From NCBI GenBank assembly GCA_964494045.1, contig CAZBQM010000004.1, positions 35 to 64,034 on the forward strand: DNA of 64,000 bases. Direction: 5' to 3'. A program made the translations under genes and the position numbers. The notes beneath the pieces are model-generated. The model ran no database searches and was not told the origin of the DNA. It was given only the letters and a program-made list of their open reading frames with translations. The number at the start of each line of letters is the position of its first letter. Positions within the stretch are counted from its first letter, which is position 1. Source of the stretch: an uncultured Rikenellaceae bacterium. Lineage in GTDB: Bacteria; Bacteroidota; Bacteroidia; Bacteroidales; VadinHA17. Positions 18,684 to 28,373 of the stretch are shown here, one piece after another.

Positions 18684-20618
18684 ATGGGAGGGCAGAATAC
18701 AATACCCGGCTGCCATCGGGATGAGAGTGAAATAGGATATCAGGCTATCTTCAACCATAGTTTTGATGGCATCCTGCTCACTATTCCTGATGGAAGGATT
18801 CTGGCAGCCAATCCTGCGGCATGCAGGATGTTCGGACGAAGTGAGGAGGAAATCTGCAGGCTGGGCCGTAACGGTTTAATAAATCTGGATGATCCGGGAC
18901 TACTGCCGGCCCTTTCACAGCGTGAACGTACGGGTGAGTTTTCCGGTGTTCTCACAGGTCGTCGGGCGGATGGGACAATCTTCCCTTTCGAGTTGTCTAC
19001 CTCTGTTTTTACTGACATGTCGGGTGAACTCAGATCGAGCATGATTATACATGATATCTCCGATCAGGAAAAAAGCAATCAGAAACTTCGCACAACAGAG
19101 ATGCTGCTGCAAAGTATTATTTCCAATGTTCCACTATCTATTATTTCAACCGACAAAAACGGGATTATTACCCTGCTGGAAGGCAGGAGACTTAAAGAAG
19201 TAGATCTTAGGCCTGGTGAATATGTAGCCACTTCTGCATATGATATTTACGGTTCCAGGTCTTATACAGAACCATCTGGAGAGACAATAAGTGGAAAGGA
19301 AGTCATTGACCGTGTTCTTTCCGGTGAAAACATGGTCGTGTCAAATGAATTCAAGGGATACTATTTTGAAAATCACCTCGGTCCTATAACTGACGAAAAT
19401 GGTGAAATTACAGGTTCTGTTGGCCTTGTGCTCAACATCTCTGACCGGAAAAAAGCCGAACTAGAGAAGGAAAAAAGTGAGATGAAGTACAGGGATCTTC
19501 TTGAAAAAGCAGTAGTCCCGATCTGGGAGAAAGATTATTCTGAAGTAAAGAAGTTCATTGACAAATTGCGGAAAAAGGGAGTCAGGGACCTAAGGAAATA
19601 CTTTAGTGAATACCCTGAGCATGCAGCATATTGTGTCTCCCTGGTACAAACCACATTTATTAACCAGCCGGGACGGAAGTTTTTTGGCATTAAGGAAAAA
19701 CAGGATCTGAATAAGGATCGCGGATACTTGCTGACTGATAAAAATCTGAAGTTTTTCATTGAAGAGATAATAGTACTTACCGAGGGCAAAAGAGAGTATG
19801 ACTGTGATCTGCCAATAACCCTGCTCTCAGGTCAGGAGAAAAATGTACACCGGAAAGCATACGTAATATCCGATAAGGCCGATAACCTGTCACAGGTTCT
19901 GGTCTCGTGTATTGATCTTACCGACCGCATAAACTATGAAAATGAACTATTAAAATCGGGCGAAACTCTCAGACGGCTCAATATGTATATTGAAGAAGCC
20001 AGGGAAAAAGAAAGATCACATATTGCCATGAACCTGCATGACGACCTTGGGCAGAAACTAACTGCCTTAAAGATGAATCTTTCATGGCTGAAAAAAAGGA
20101 TCGGGGTTCAGTCCGACCTGGTATCTGATAAGCTTGAGGAAATAGGACATATAATTGATAGCTCAATATCTACTGTTCAGACAATATCTTCTGAACTCAG
20201 ACCAACCATTCTGTACGATCTGGGGCTAAAGGAAGCTATTGAATGGCATCTGAAACATTACCTTGAACCTGCCGGGATAAAGTGTTCCTTCAGAATGTCG
20301 CCCGCTGACCTCAGAATTGATGAGCACAGATCTATTGTACTGTTCAGGGTGGTACAGGAATCTCTGACCAATGTTATAAGGCACTCCGCAGCTAAAAATG
20401 TATCGATAACAATAACAGGATCCGTTTCATTCATCCAGCTTGTTATCAGGGACGATGGTAAAGGAATAAATGCTGAAGCCATTAATAATCCTGAATCTTT
20501 GGGAATCGCAAGCATGAAGGAGAGAGTAAAAAGCATTTCAGGCGATTCCTGCATAACAGGTACTGAAGGTCATGGCACCATGATCACCGTGAAAATACCT
20601 TTATCTAAAAACAATTGA
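18684..20618 (+). CDS. PAS-domain sensor histidine kinase (HisKA_3 / NarX-type)
   Basis: PAS-like repeats, H-box HIAMNLHDDLGQKLTAL, and a C-terminal HATPase_c. I prefer the ATG at 18684, because the ORF-track extension from 18561 translates to non-protein-like sequence. Confidence 0.85.
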   Translation: MGGQNTIPGCHRDESEIGYQAIFNHSFDGILLTIPDGRILAANPAACRMFGRSEEEICRLGRNGLINLDDPGLLPALSQRERTGEFSGVLTGRRADGTIFPFELSTSVFTDMSGELRSSMIIHDISDQEKSNQKLRTTEMLLQSIISNVPLSIISTDKNGIITLLEGRRLKEVDLRPGEYVATSAYDIYGSRSYTEPSGETISGKEVIDRVLSGENMVVSNEFKGYYFENHLGPITDENGEITGSVGLVLNISDRKKAELEKEKSEMKYRDLLEKAVVPIWEKDYSEVKKFIDKLRKKGVRDLRKYFSEYPEHAAYCVSLVQTTFINQPGRKFFGIKEKQDLNKDRGYLLTDKNLKFFIEEIIVLTEGKREYDCDLPITLLSGQEKNVHRKAYVISDKADNLSQVLVSCIDLTDRINYENELLKSGETLRRLNMYIEEAREKERSHIAMNLHDDLGQKLTALKMNLSWLKKRIGVQSDLVSDKLEEIGHIIDSSISTVQTISSELRPTILYDLGLKEAIEWHLKHYLEPAGIKCSFRMSPADLRIDEHRSIVLFRVVQESLTNVIRHSAAKNVSITITGSVSFIQLVIRDDGKGINAEAINNPESLGIASMKERVKSISGDSCITGTEGHGTMITVKIPLSKNN

Positions 20619-20621
20619 CTT

Positions 20622-21257
20622 ATGATCAAAGTAATAATAACAGATGACCACCCCATAGTAAGGCAGGGCATCAGGCAGATCCTTGAAGATGACAGGGATC
20701 AGAGATTTGACGTCATTGATGAGGCTCCCGACAGTACTGTTCTGCTTGAAAAGATCCTTACCAGGAAGTATGACGTAATCCTGCTCGATATCTCACTCCC
20801 GGGCAGAAACGGACTTGATATACTTCCTGACATCAAAAAAAGATCTCCTGCTTCAAATGTCATCGTACTAAGCATATATCCTGAAGAACAGTACGCGGTT
20901 AAAGCACTGAAAACCGGGGCTTCAGGTTATCTTACAAAATCAAGTGCTCCCGAGGAACTTATATCAGCAATCATCAAAGTCTCAAACGGAGAACGATACA
21001 TCACCTCCTCTCTTGCTGAGCTGATAACCCTCAGCTATATAACCGACCATGAGGAGAAGTTACATAACAGTCTGTCTGTCAGGGAACTGGAAGTAATGAA
21101 ACTCCTTGCCGCGGGAAATAAACTTGCCACGATAGCAAAACTTCTTGCAGTAAGCCCTAAGACAATAAGTACTTACCGGTCGAGGATAAAAGTAAAATTG
21201 AGGCTTAATACTACTGCAGAAATAATCAGGTATGCTTTTGAAAACAACCTCGCGTGA
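20622..21257 (+). CDS. NarL/FixJ-type response regulator (REC + LuxR HTH)
   Basis: 211 aa. Phospho-acceptor context VILLDISLPGRNG and C-terminal HTH LSVRELEVMKLLAAGNKLATIAKLLAVSPKTISTYRSRI. Lies 3 nt after the kinase. Confidence 0.92.
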   Translation: MIKVIITDDHPIVRQGIRQILEDDRDQRFDVIDEAPDSTVLLEKILTRKYDVILLDISLPGRNGLDILPDIKKRSPASNVIVLSIYPEEQYAVKALKTGASGYLTKSSAPEELISAIIKVSNGERYITSSLAELITLSYITDHEEKLHNSLSVRELEVMKLLAAGNKLATIAKLLAVSPKTISTYRSRIKVKLRLNTTAEIIRYAFENNLA

Positions 21258-21556
21258 AGTTTTAAAGGGACTGATCCGCCTGCTTTCAGTCTTCAACTTC
21301 CCTCCTTGTTTTTAGTCTCTAAAGCATTTATCCACATAGGTTTCCTTTACTTAATGTAGGATTTTCCCTGACATTTATTTCAGAATATTACTCTCATTCT
21401 TCCGAAAATCTTGCAGTTAAATTTATATCAGTTTTTTATCATCTGTTATTGAATATTAGTGTCATTTTCATGAATCAGTGGATTGACAGGTACTATACCG
21501 GGTTGTGAAGTCACTAATTCCTATGATGCGCCATAGATAAATAAGGAGGCAATATT

Positions 21557-22723
21557 ATGATCAATCCTGGAATGAGGGCTATTTATTTCAGCTTCGTGAT
21601 AGCAGACGTGACCATTACAATGTTCATGATACTGTTTGCCTTCCAGAATCACAGGAGATTCAAGGGATTGAACTCATGGGTTATATCGTTTCTTCTCCAG
21701 AACCTTGCAGTGATTCTGATTGTTCTGAGGGGTATTATCCCTGACTGGAGTTCTATCGTCCTCTCAAATACCATTCTCATAGGCAGTTTGCTGGCAGGTC
21801 TGAAGGGCCTGTGTGGTTTCACCGGAGTGAAGCTTAATCATTACCACAATTATTTGATAATCGCGCTCCTTGGCATAATCCAGGCATGGTTCACATATGT
21901 TGACCCTGACCTTTCTGTAAGAAATCTCAGTCTGGCAGTTGCCATGCTGCTCCTGTCAGCTCAGTTTGTATGGCTGGTGTTCATCAGTGTTGACAGAAAT
22001 ATGAGAAAGCTGGCTGCCGCGATCGGCATGGTTTACATCGGGTCTTCTATGGTAAGTCTGTTCAGAATTATCAATTTTTTCACCGGCGACAAAACTTCAG
22101 ATGACTATTTCCAGGCAGACACTTTTGAAAAAATGGTTTTCATTGCCTACCAGGTAATATTCATCTTTCTCTCGTACACTCTTGCATTGATGTATAACCG
22201 CTGGCTACATTTTAAGATCGCAGCCCAGGAGGAAAAGTTTGCAAGGGCATTCAACTCATCCCCCTGCGCTATCCTTTTAACCCGATTCTCGGATGGAGAA
22301 ATAATTGAACTAAACAAAGGGTTTACGAAGATAACCGGATACGATTATAAGGACGCGATCGGGCATACCACAGAGAGTCTTGGCCTCTGGATACAGGAAG
22401 GTGAAAGGTCGAAGTTCACAAGGGAACTGTCGGGAGGAGGCATTTATGAAAAGAAAGAACGTTTCAGAACAAAATCAGAGAAGATAATTACCGGATCATT
22501 GTCTGCCGAGTTGATATACATCAATAATGAGAAGATGATCATTACCAGTATCAATGATATTTCACTCCTGACACAGAAAGAGATGCTTCTTCATGAAAAG
22601 GTTAACGATCTTGAAAGGATTAATAAATTCATGATGGGCAGAGAACTGAGGATGATTGAATTAAAGAATGAAATCAATGAATTGCGTGAAAAACTTGGTC
22701 TGGAAAAAAGATACCAGGTCTGA
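21557..22723 (+). CDS. 7-TM membrane protein with a PAS domain and C-terminal coiled coil, no output domain
   Basis: 388 aa. About seven hydrophobic helices in the first 215 aa, then a PAS-like segment (FNSSPCAILLTRFSDGEIIELNKGFTKITGY) and a helical tail (GRELRMIELKNEINELREKLG). Confidence 0.75.
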   Translation: MINPGMRAIYFSFVIADVTITMFMILFAFQNHRRFKGLNSWVISFLLQNLAVILIVLRGIIPDWSSIVLSNTILIGSLLAGLKGLCGFTGVKLNHYHNYLIIALLGIIQAWFTYVDPDLSVRNLSLAVAMLLLSAQFVWLVFISVDRNMRKLAAAIGMVYIGSSMVSLFRIINFFTGDKTSDDYFQADTFEKMVFIAYQVIFIFLSYTLALMYNRWLHFKIAAQEEKFARAFNSSPCAILLTRFSDGEIIELNKGFTKITGYDYKDAIGHTTESLGLWIQEGERSKFTRELSGGGIYEKKERFRTKSEKIITGSLSAELIYINNEKMIITSINDISLLTQKEMLLHEKVNDLERINKFMMGRELRMIELKNEINELREKLGLEKRYQV

Positions 22724-22751
22724 TGAGAATGGATTGTAATACCTGCTTAAG

Positions 22752-25478
22752 ATGGATTTTGCAAACACTCTTTTCCTGTTAATGTTCAATATTTCCCGCC
22801 TTCACAACAAGGGAAGGATGATTGATTTATTTGTTAAAGGGCTCAACGAGATCTTTACTCCCTGCAGATTCAGGTTTTTTGGACAAAACACCCTTGACAG
22901 GGAAGGAATTTTTGAAATCAGTACAGAAAAAAGCTCATTCGGATTTATTGAGGCTCATTATCCCGGGAACAAAGATTTTTCTTATTCATTGCTTGTTGGT
23001 AGCGCTGCTCAGATGCTTGCCATATTCATTGAAAACCTCAACTACCAGGATCATCTGGTAAAGGAAAAAAGCGAGTATGAAAATCTTGCAGCTCTCAAAA
23101 TCAATGAACTCAGACAATCTGTAAAAGAGCTTGAGGATGCGCGCAGGGCAGCAATAAATATTATTGAAGACCTGTCGCTTGAGATTGAAAAACGAAAGCA
23201 GGCAGAAAAGAAAATAAAGGAAAGTGAACATAAATACAGGCAGTTGTTTGAAAACATGACACACGGGGTTTTCTATCAGGCTGCAGACGGCTCACTGACC
23301 GATATCAATCCTGCCGGTCTGAAAATTCTTGGCATTACTGAAGAACAATTCTCCGCTTGTATTTCTTACCATTACGACAGGGAGATCAGCGACGAAGAAG
23401 GAAAAGTACTGGAGAAAAAGGACTATCCCGCAATACTTTCCTTAAAGTCGGGACGCCCAACAAGTGCAATCGTTAAAATTTACAATCCTGTTATACACGA
23501 CAACAGATGGCTCATAGTAAATGCACATCCTGAATTCCTTGACGGAGCAAGGGAACCCTACAGGGTCTTTCTTACCATGCATGATATTACTGAACGCAAA
23601 CGAGCCCTGGAAGATCTCAGACTCTTGTCTGCCCGTTATGAGGCAATACTTGGATCAGTCCCTGACATAATAATGGAAATTGACGGGAACAGGACTTATA
23701 CATGGGCAAACAAGGCAGGATATGAATTCTTCGGCGATGATGTGATCGGGAAAGAGGTGGTCTCGTACTTTACCGGTGAACAGGATACCTATGAAACTTT
23801 AGCTCCTCTGTTTAACAATCAGAGCGATATTGTCTCCGTGGAAAGCTGGCAAAAAAGGAAAGATGGTGAGATCCGTCTGCTTGCCTGGAGATGTAAAGTA
23901 CTGCGTGATGACAGGGGTAAATGGAAAGGAATACTTGCTTCAGCAAATGATATCACCGGCATGTGGCACATCGAAAACAAGATCCGCGAAAGTGAGAAGA
24001 AATTCAGAAGCCTTTTTGACAATTCTCCGCTGGGTAAATCCATTACAAACATTGAAGGGTCAATGTACGCCAACAGAAGCTTTTGTGATATGCTTGGATA
24101 TTCTCATGAAGAGCTCCGCAAAAAAAACTTCATGGAAATTACCCATAGTGATGACAGGGCCCTGACTGAACAGGTGACCAAAGCCTTGCTTCACGGTGAG
24201 CAGGATCAGTACAAGTTCGAAAAAAGATTCGTCCATAAAAACGGGACTATAGTGTGGACGGAGGTCTCCATATTTATGCAGCGTAATGAAGATGGAGAAC
24301 CTTTAAACTTCATCTCGGCCATAAATGATGTTACCGAGCGGAAAAAGCTTGAGGAAGAGAAGTTCAGGTTGCTTGACCTTATCGACAACAGTCTTAATGA
24401 GATCTATACCTTCAACAAGGACAATCTGAAGTATGAATATCTGAACATGGGAGCAATTAAGAACATAGGATACTCAATGGCAGAGATGAAGGAACTTACT
24501 CCTTTTGATATACAGTCGGACTTTAGCAGGGCTTCCTTTGATCTTAATCTAAATCAGCTTATAAGCGGCGAAAGGAAGATTCTGATATTTGAAACTGCCC
24601 ACCAGAGAAAAGATGGCAGTGTATACCCGGTTGAAGTTCACCTGCAGTATTACAATAAAGATAACACCAATCTCTTCTATGCAATAGTTAATGATATTAC
24701 TGAAAGGAAAATAGCTGATGAAGCCATAAGAAAACTAAATGAAGAACTTGAAGACAGGGTAAGGCGACGGACAGCCCAGCTGGAGGTCGCCAATAAGGAG
24801 CTTGAGGCTTTCAGCTATTCAGTGTCTCACGACCTGAGAGCTCCCCTCAGGGCTGTGCACAGTTTTACCTCAATTCTGAAGAATGACTATGAAAAAGTAC
24901 TTGACAAGGAAGGATGCAGAATCTGCGGAATAATTGAAGACAGTTCAATACGCATGGGAACCCTTATTGATGATCTGCTTGCATTTTCAAGGGTCGGCAG
25001 AAGCATGATAAGTTACTCAACTGTCAACATGGGAGCTGTTGCCCGTAAAGTCTTTGAGGAGATCACAGATGACGGGAAAAAGGACAGAATTACGTTTAGG
25101 GTTAAGAAAGCTGCAAAAGCATCAGGAGACCCGTCGCTTTTAAGGCAGGTCATCACAAACCTGCTGTCGAACGCAATAAAGTATTCGTCAAAAAATGAGC
25201 ATCCCGTCATTATCTTCCAATCCGAACAAAAGGATGATGAGATCATTTACTCCGTGACTGACAACGGGGTCGGCTTTAACATGAAATATACAGATAAGCT
25301 GTTTAAAGTCTTCCAGCGGCTTCATTCCGACAGGGAATTTGAAGGTAACGGTGTTGGCCTGGCCATAGTGCAGAGAATTATCGCCCGACATGGAGGCAGG
25401 GTATGGGCAGAATCAAAGCCCGGTGAGGGTTCGGTATTCTATTTCTCTCTTCCTGCCAGGCAGAAAAATCAACAGTAA
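22752..25478 (+). CDS. soluble multi-PAS sensor histidine kinase (HisKA + HATPase_c)
   Basis: 908 aa, no TM segment. Several PAS/PAC repeats, H-box FSYSVSHDLRAPLRAV, and C-terminal ATPase (NGVGLAIVQRIIARHGG). Confidence 0.9.
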   Translation: MDFANTLFLLMFNISRLHNKGRMIDLFVKGLNEIFTPCRFRFFGQNTLDREGIFEISTEKSSFGFIEAHYPGNKDFSYSLLVGSAAQMLAIFIENLNYQDHLVKEKSEYENLAALKINELRQSVKELEDARRAAINIIEDLSLEIEKRKQAEKKIKESEHKYRQLFENMTHGVFYQAADGSLTDINPAGLKILGITEEQFSACISYHYDREISDEEGKVLEKKDYPAILSLKSGRPTSAIVKIYNPVIHDNRWLIVNAHPEFLDGAREPYRVFLTMHDITERKRALEDLRLLSARYEAILGSVPDIIMEIDGNRTYTWANKAGYEFFGDDVIGKEVVSYFTGEQDTYETLAPLFNNQSDIVSVESWQKRKDGEIRLLAWRCKVLRDDRGKWKGILASANDITGMWHIENKIRESEKKFRSLFDNSPLGKSITNIEGSMYANRSFCDMLGYSHEELRKKNFMEITHSDDRALTEQVTKALLHGEQDQYKFEKRFVHKNGTIVWTEVSIFMQRNEDGEPLNFISAINDVTERKKLEEEKFRLLDLIDNSLNEIYTFNKDNLKYEYLNMGAIKNIGYSMAEMKELTPFDIQSDFSRASFDLNLNQLISGERKILIFETAHQRKDGSVYPVEVHLQYYNKDNTNLFYAIVNDITERKIADEAIRKLNEELEDRVRRRTAQLEVANKELEAFSYSVSHDLRAPLRAVHSFTSILKNDYEKVLDKEGCRICGIIEDSSIRMGTLIDDLLAFSRVGRSMISYSTVNMGAVARKVFEEITDDGKKDRITFRVKKAAKASGDPSLLRQVITNLLSNAIKYSSKNEHPVIIFQSEQKDDEIIYSVTDNGVGFNMKYTDKLFKVFQRLHSDREFEGNGVGLAIVQRIIARHGGRVWAESKPGEGSVFYFSLPARQKNQQ

Positions 25479-25569
25479 AACCTGTGATGGAGATATAAAA
25501 TGCATTTATGATTATAAAAGACTCTGATTATAATTACTGAATCGTAGCACTTTATTAAATATTCATCAG

Positions 25570-26013
25570 ATGACAGACAAAGAAGTAGTAGATATACTGA
25601 TCGTTGAAGACGATCCGCGCGACGCAGAACTGACATTGAGAGCCCTAAGAAAGAACAACCTGGCAAATCATGTTTATGTTGCTGAAGACGGAGAGGAAGC
25701 CCTTGATTTCTTTTTCTGCAGAGGCAAATTTGCCGAGAGGAATCTCAATTCACCACCCAAAGTGGTTCTTCTTGATCTTAAGCTTCCCAAAATAGACGGA
25801 CTGGAGATCCTGAAAATAATAAAGAAAGACAATCGCACCATGCACATTCCAGTCGTGATAGTGACTTCATCAAAGGAAGAACACGATATAAAAAAAGCCT
25901 ATGAGATGGGCGCGAACAGTTACGTGGTAAAACCGGTAGACTTCGACACATTTGTTAATGCAATGAGCAGCCTTGGGTTATACTGGCTTCTGGTCAACCA
26001 GCCAATGAAATAA
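25570..26013 (+). CDS. stand-alone CheY-like receiver protein
   Basis: 147 aa. [10 protein letters not shown], acceptor [13 protein letters not shown], conserved Lys context YVVKP. No output domain. Confidence 0.9.
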   Translation: MTDKEVVDILIVEDDPRDAELTLRALRKNNLANHVYVAEDGEEALDFFFCRGKFAERNLNSPPKVVLLDLKLPKIDGLEILKIIKKDNRTMHIPVVIVTSSKEEHDIKKAYEMGANSYVVKPVDFDTFVNAMSSLGLYWLLVNQPMK

Positions 26014-26037
26014 ATCAACTGTTTATTTACACAGATT

Positions 26038-28368
26038 ATGAAGGATATAACAAAAATTCTCTTTGTGGAGGACATCCTGACGGATGCTGAACTTATCTGG
26101 AGGGAGATAGAGAAAGATGATATAATATTTGAAAAGAAACTTGTTGATAATGAACAGGACTTTGTTTTTGCCATTTCAGATTTCACACCCGACCTTATAA
26201 TATCTGATTATACACTTCCTCAGTTCGATGGTTTATCTGCCCTGACGATAAAAAACACCCTGTCACCAGGTATCCCATTCATCCTTGTTACCGGTTCCGT
26301 AAATGAAGAAACTGCAGTTAAACTTATGAAAGCCGGAGCGGATGATTATGTCATTAAGGAAAATTTATCAAGGCTTGGAGAAGCTATCAGATCAGCAATC
26401 CTGAAAAAAGATTCTCAGAGAGTTAAGGAAAAAGCACTCAATGCCCTGAGGGAAAGCGAGGAGCGATTCCGACTGGCGGTCGAAAACTCACCCGTCCCGG
26501 TTATGATCCACGATGAAGAGGGTAAAGTGTTAATGCTCAGCAAAGGATGGACAAGCTTTTCCGGCTATTCATTAAATGATATACCTACTGTCGCAGACTG
26601 GACAAGAGCGGCATTCAATACCCACGACTGTTCAGAAAAGGCTTTTTATGATCAGTTGATCAATATAAACGAAACCAAAGATATCGGTGAGTGGGCACTA
26701 AACACTAAGAATGGAGATACAAGGATCTGGGATTTTCACGTAACTCCCCTGGGCAGGGTAAGTGAGGGGAAAAGAGTGTTCCAGAGTCTTGGCACTGATG
26801 TGACAGAAAGCAGGAAGATGCAGAAAAAACTTATCGAATCCGAAGCCTATTACCGTACTCTGATAGATATTTCTCCTGATGGCATAATCACCACTGATCT
26901 CAAAGGCAAAATAACCTATAGTTCAATAAAATCGTGGGTGATTTTCGATATCCCCGACGGAATGTCTCCCAACGGTACCATAATAACCGACTGGGTGATG
27001 CCTGAAGAAAAACAGAAAGTCCGTGTCCGCTTTGCAGGGCTTGTCTCTGGTACAGCTGTCAATGAGACAAAGGAGTATTACCTGAAGAAATTTCAGGGTA
27101 AACCATTCTGGGCTGAGCTTTCCTCATCGCCACTCTCTGACAGGGATGGCAACATGTCAGGTCTGCTCATCGTATGCCGGGATATCTCAGAAAGGAAAGA
27201 ATTCGAAAAAGAACTGATCTTTGAACGCGACAGGGCTGAAGAGAACGACAAATTGAAGACAGCTTTTCTTCATAATATTTCTCATGAGATAAGAACACCT
27301 ATGAATGCCATCATAGGGTTCTCTACATTACTGGCAGAACCTGGTCAACACGATGAACAGAAAGATTTATATTCAGAAATCATTATGAACAGCTGTGACC
27401 AGTTGGTGGAAGTGGTCTCTGACATAATAGAAATCTCAAACATTGAAGCAGGCATCCTGAAATACAAAAAAGGAACCTTTAATATTAATTCACAATTTGC
27501 ATCAATTTACAGTCAATATCTGGTAAAAGCATCAGGGAAGGAAATAGTGCTTAATTATTCAACCATGCTCTCTGACGATGAGGCTGTTATCGAGACCGAC
27601 CTGTCAAAGCTGGTAACCATAATGACAAACCTTCTTAATAATGCTTTTAAATTCACCCACACAGGCACAATCGAATTCGGATGTTCAAAGGAAGGCAATC
27701 TCCTCCGGCTTTATGTATCGGATACCGGCATAGGCATTCCGGAAGACAAGCAAAGCAGGATATTCGAGAGGTTCTACCAGGTTGAACACTCTGTATCGAG
27801 AGGCTATGAAGGTGCCGGGCTTGGTCTCTCCATTTCAAAAGCCTTTGCCGAGTTCCTGGGAGGCAATATAAGCGTCAGGTCAAAGTCCGGAGAGGGTTCA
27901 CTCTTTGTTGTTACTCTGCCTTATACAAAAGCTGATGAGAAGGATCTGAATGCCGGCATCCGTCTTTCCAGAAACAAGACTTCTTTTTCGTCCACTAAAA
28001 CCATCCTTGTTGCTGAAGACGATGATAATAATTACAGGCTTATTGAACGGATTCTCTCAGCCCCCGACTGGAAGGTCATACGGGCTACAAACGGCAGGGA
28101 AGCTGTTGAGATGTGCTATTCAAGCCCGGCACCCGATGTCATTCTCATGGATATCAAAATGCCTGTCATGGATGGTTACTCTGCAGCCGGGGAAATCAAG
28201 AAACTATGGCCCCATATCCCGGTCATTGCACACACTGCCTATGCTTATGAGAGCGACAGGGAAAAGGCGATGGAATCAGGCTGCGATTACTATATATCAA
28301 AACCGATTAAGAAGGATGAGCTTAAGTCAATCCTCGAAAAGTCCACTAACGTGCATAACCATATGTAA
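26038..28368 (+). CDS. hybrid sensor histidine kinase (REC-PAS-PAS-HisKA-HATPase-REC)
   Basis: 776 aa. N-terminal receiver (IISDYTLPQFDG), PAS repeats, H-box FLHNISHEIRTPMNAI, ATPase, and C-terminal receiver (VILMDIKMPVMDG). Confidence 0.9.
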   Translation: MKDITKILFVEDILTDAELIWREIEKDDIIFEKKLVDNEQDFVFAISDFTPDLIISDYTLPQFDGLSALTIKNTLSPGIPFILVTGSVNEETAVKLMKAGADDYVIKENLSRLGEAIRSAILKKDSQRVKEKALNALRESEERFRLAVENSPVPVMIHDEEGKVLMLSKGWTSFSGYSLNDIPTVADWTRAAFNTHDCSEKAFYDQLININETKDIGEWALNTKNGDTRIWDFHVTPLGRVSEGKRVFQSLGTDVTESRKMQKKLIESEAYYRTLIDISPDGIITTDLKGKITYSSIKSWVIFDIPDGMSPNGTIITDWVMPEEKQKVRVRFAGLVSGTAVNETKEYYLKKFQGKPFWAELSSSPLSDRDGNMSGLLIVCRDISERKEFEKELIFERDRAEENDKLKTAFLHNISHEIRTPMNAIIGFSTLLAEPGQHDEQKDLYSEIIMNSCDQLVEVVSDIIEISNIEAGILKYKKGTFNINSQFASIYSQYLVKASGKEIVLNYSTMLSDDEAVIETDLSKLVTIMTNLLNNAFKFTHTGTIEFGCSKEGNLLRLYVSDTGIGIPEDKQSRIFERFYQVEHSVSRGYEGAGLGLSISKAFAEFLGGNISVRSKSGEGSLFVVTLPYTKADEKDLNAGIRLSRNKTSFSSTKTILVAEDDDNNYRLIERILSAPDWKVIRATNGREAVEMCYSSPAPDVILMDIKMPVMDGYSAAGEIKKLWPHIPVIAHTAYAYESDREKAMESGCDYYISKPIKKDELKSILEKSTNVHNHM

Positions 28369-28373
28369 AGCCC

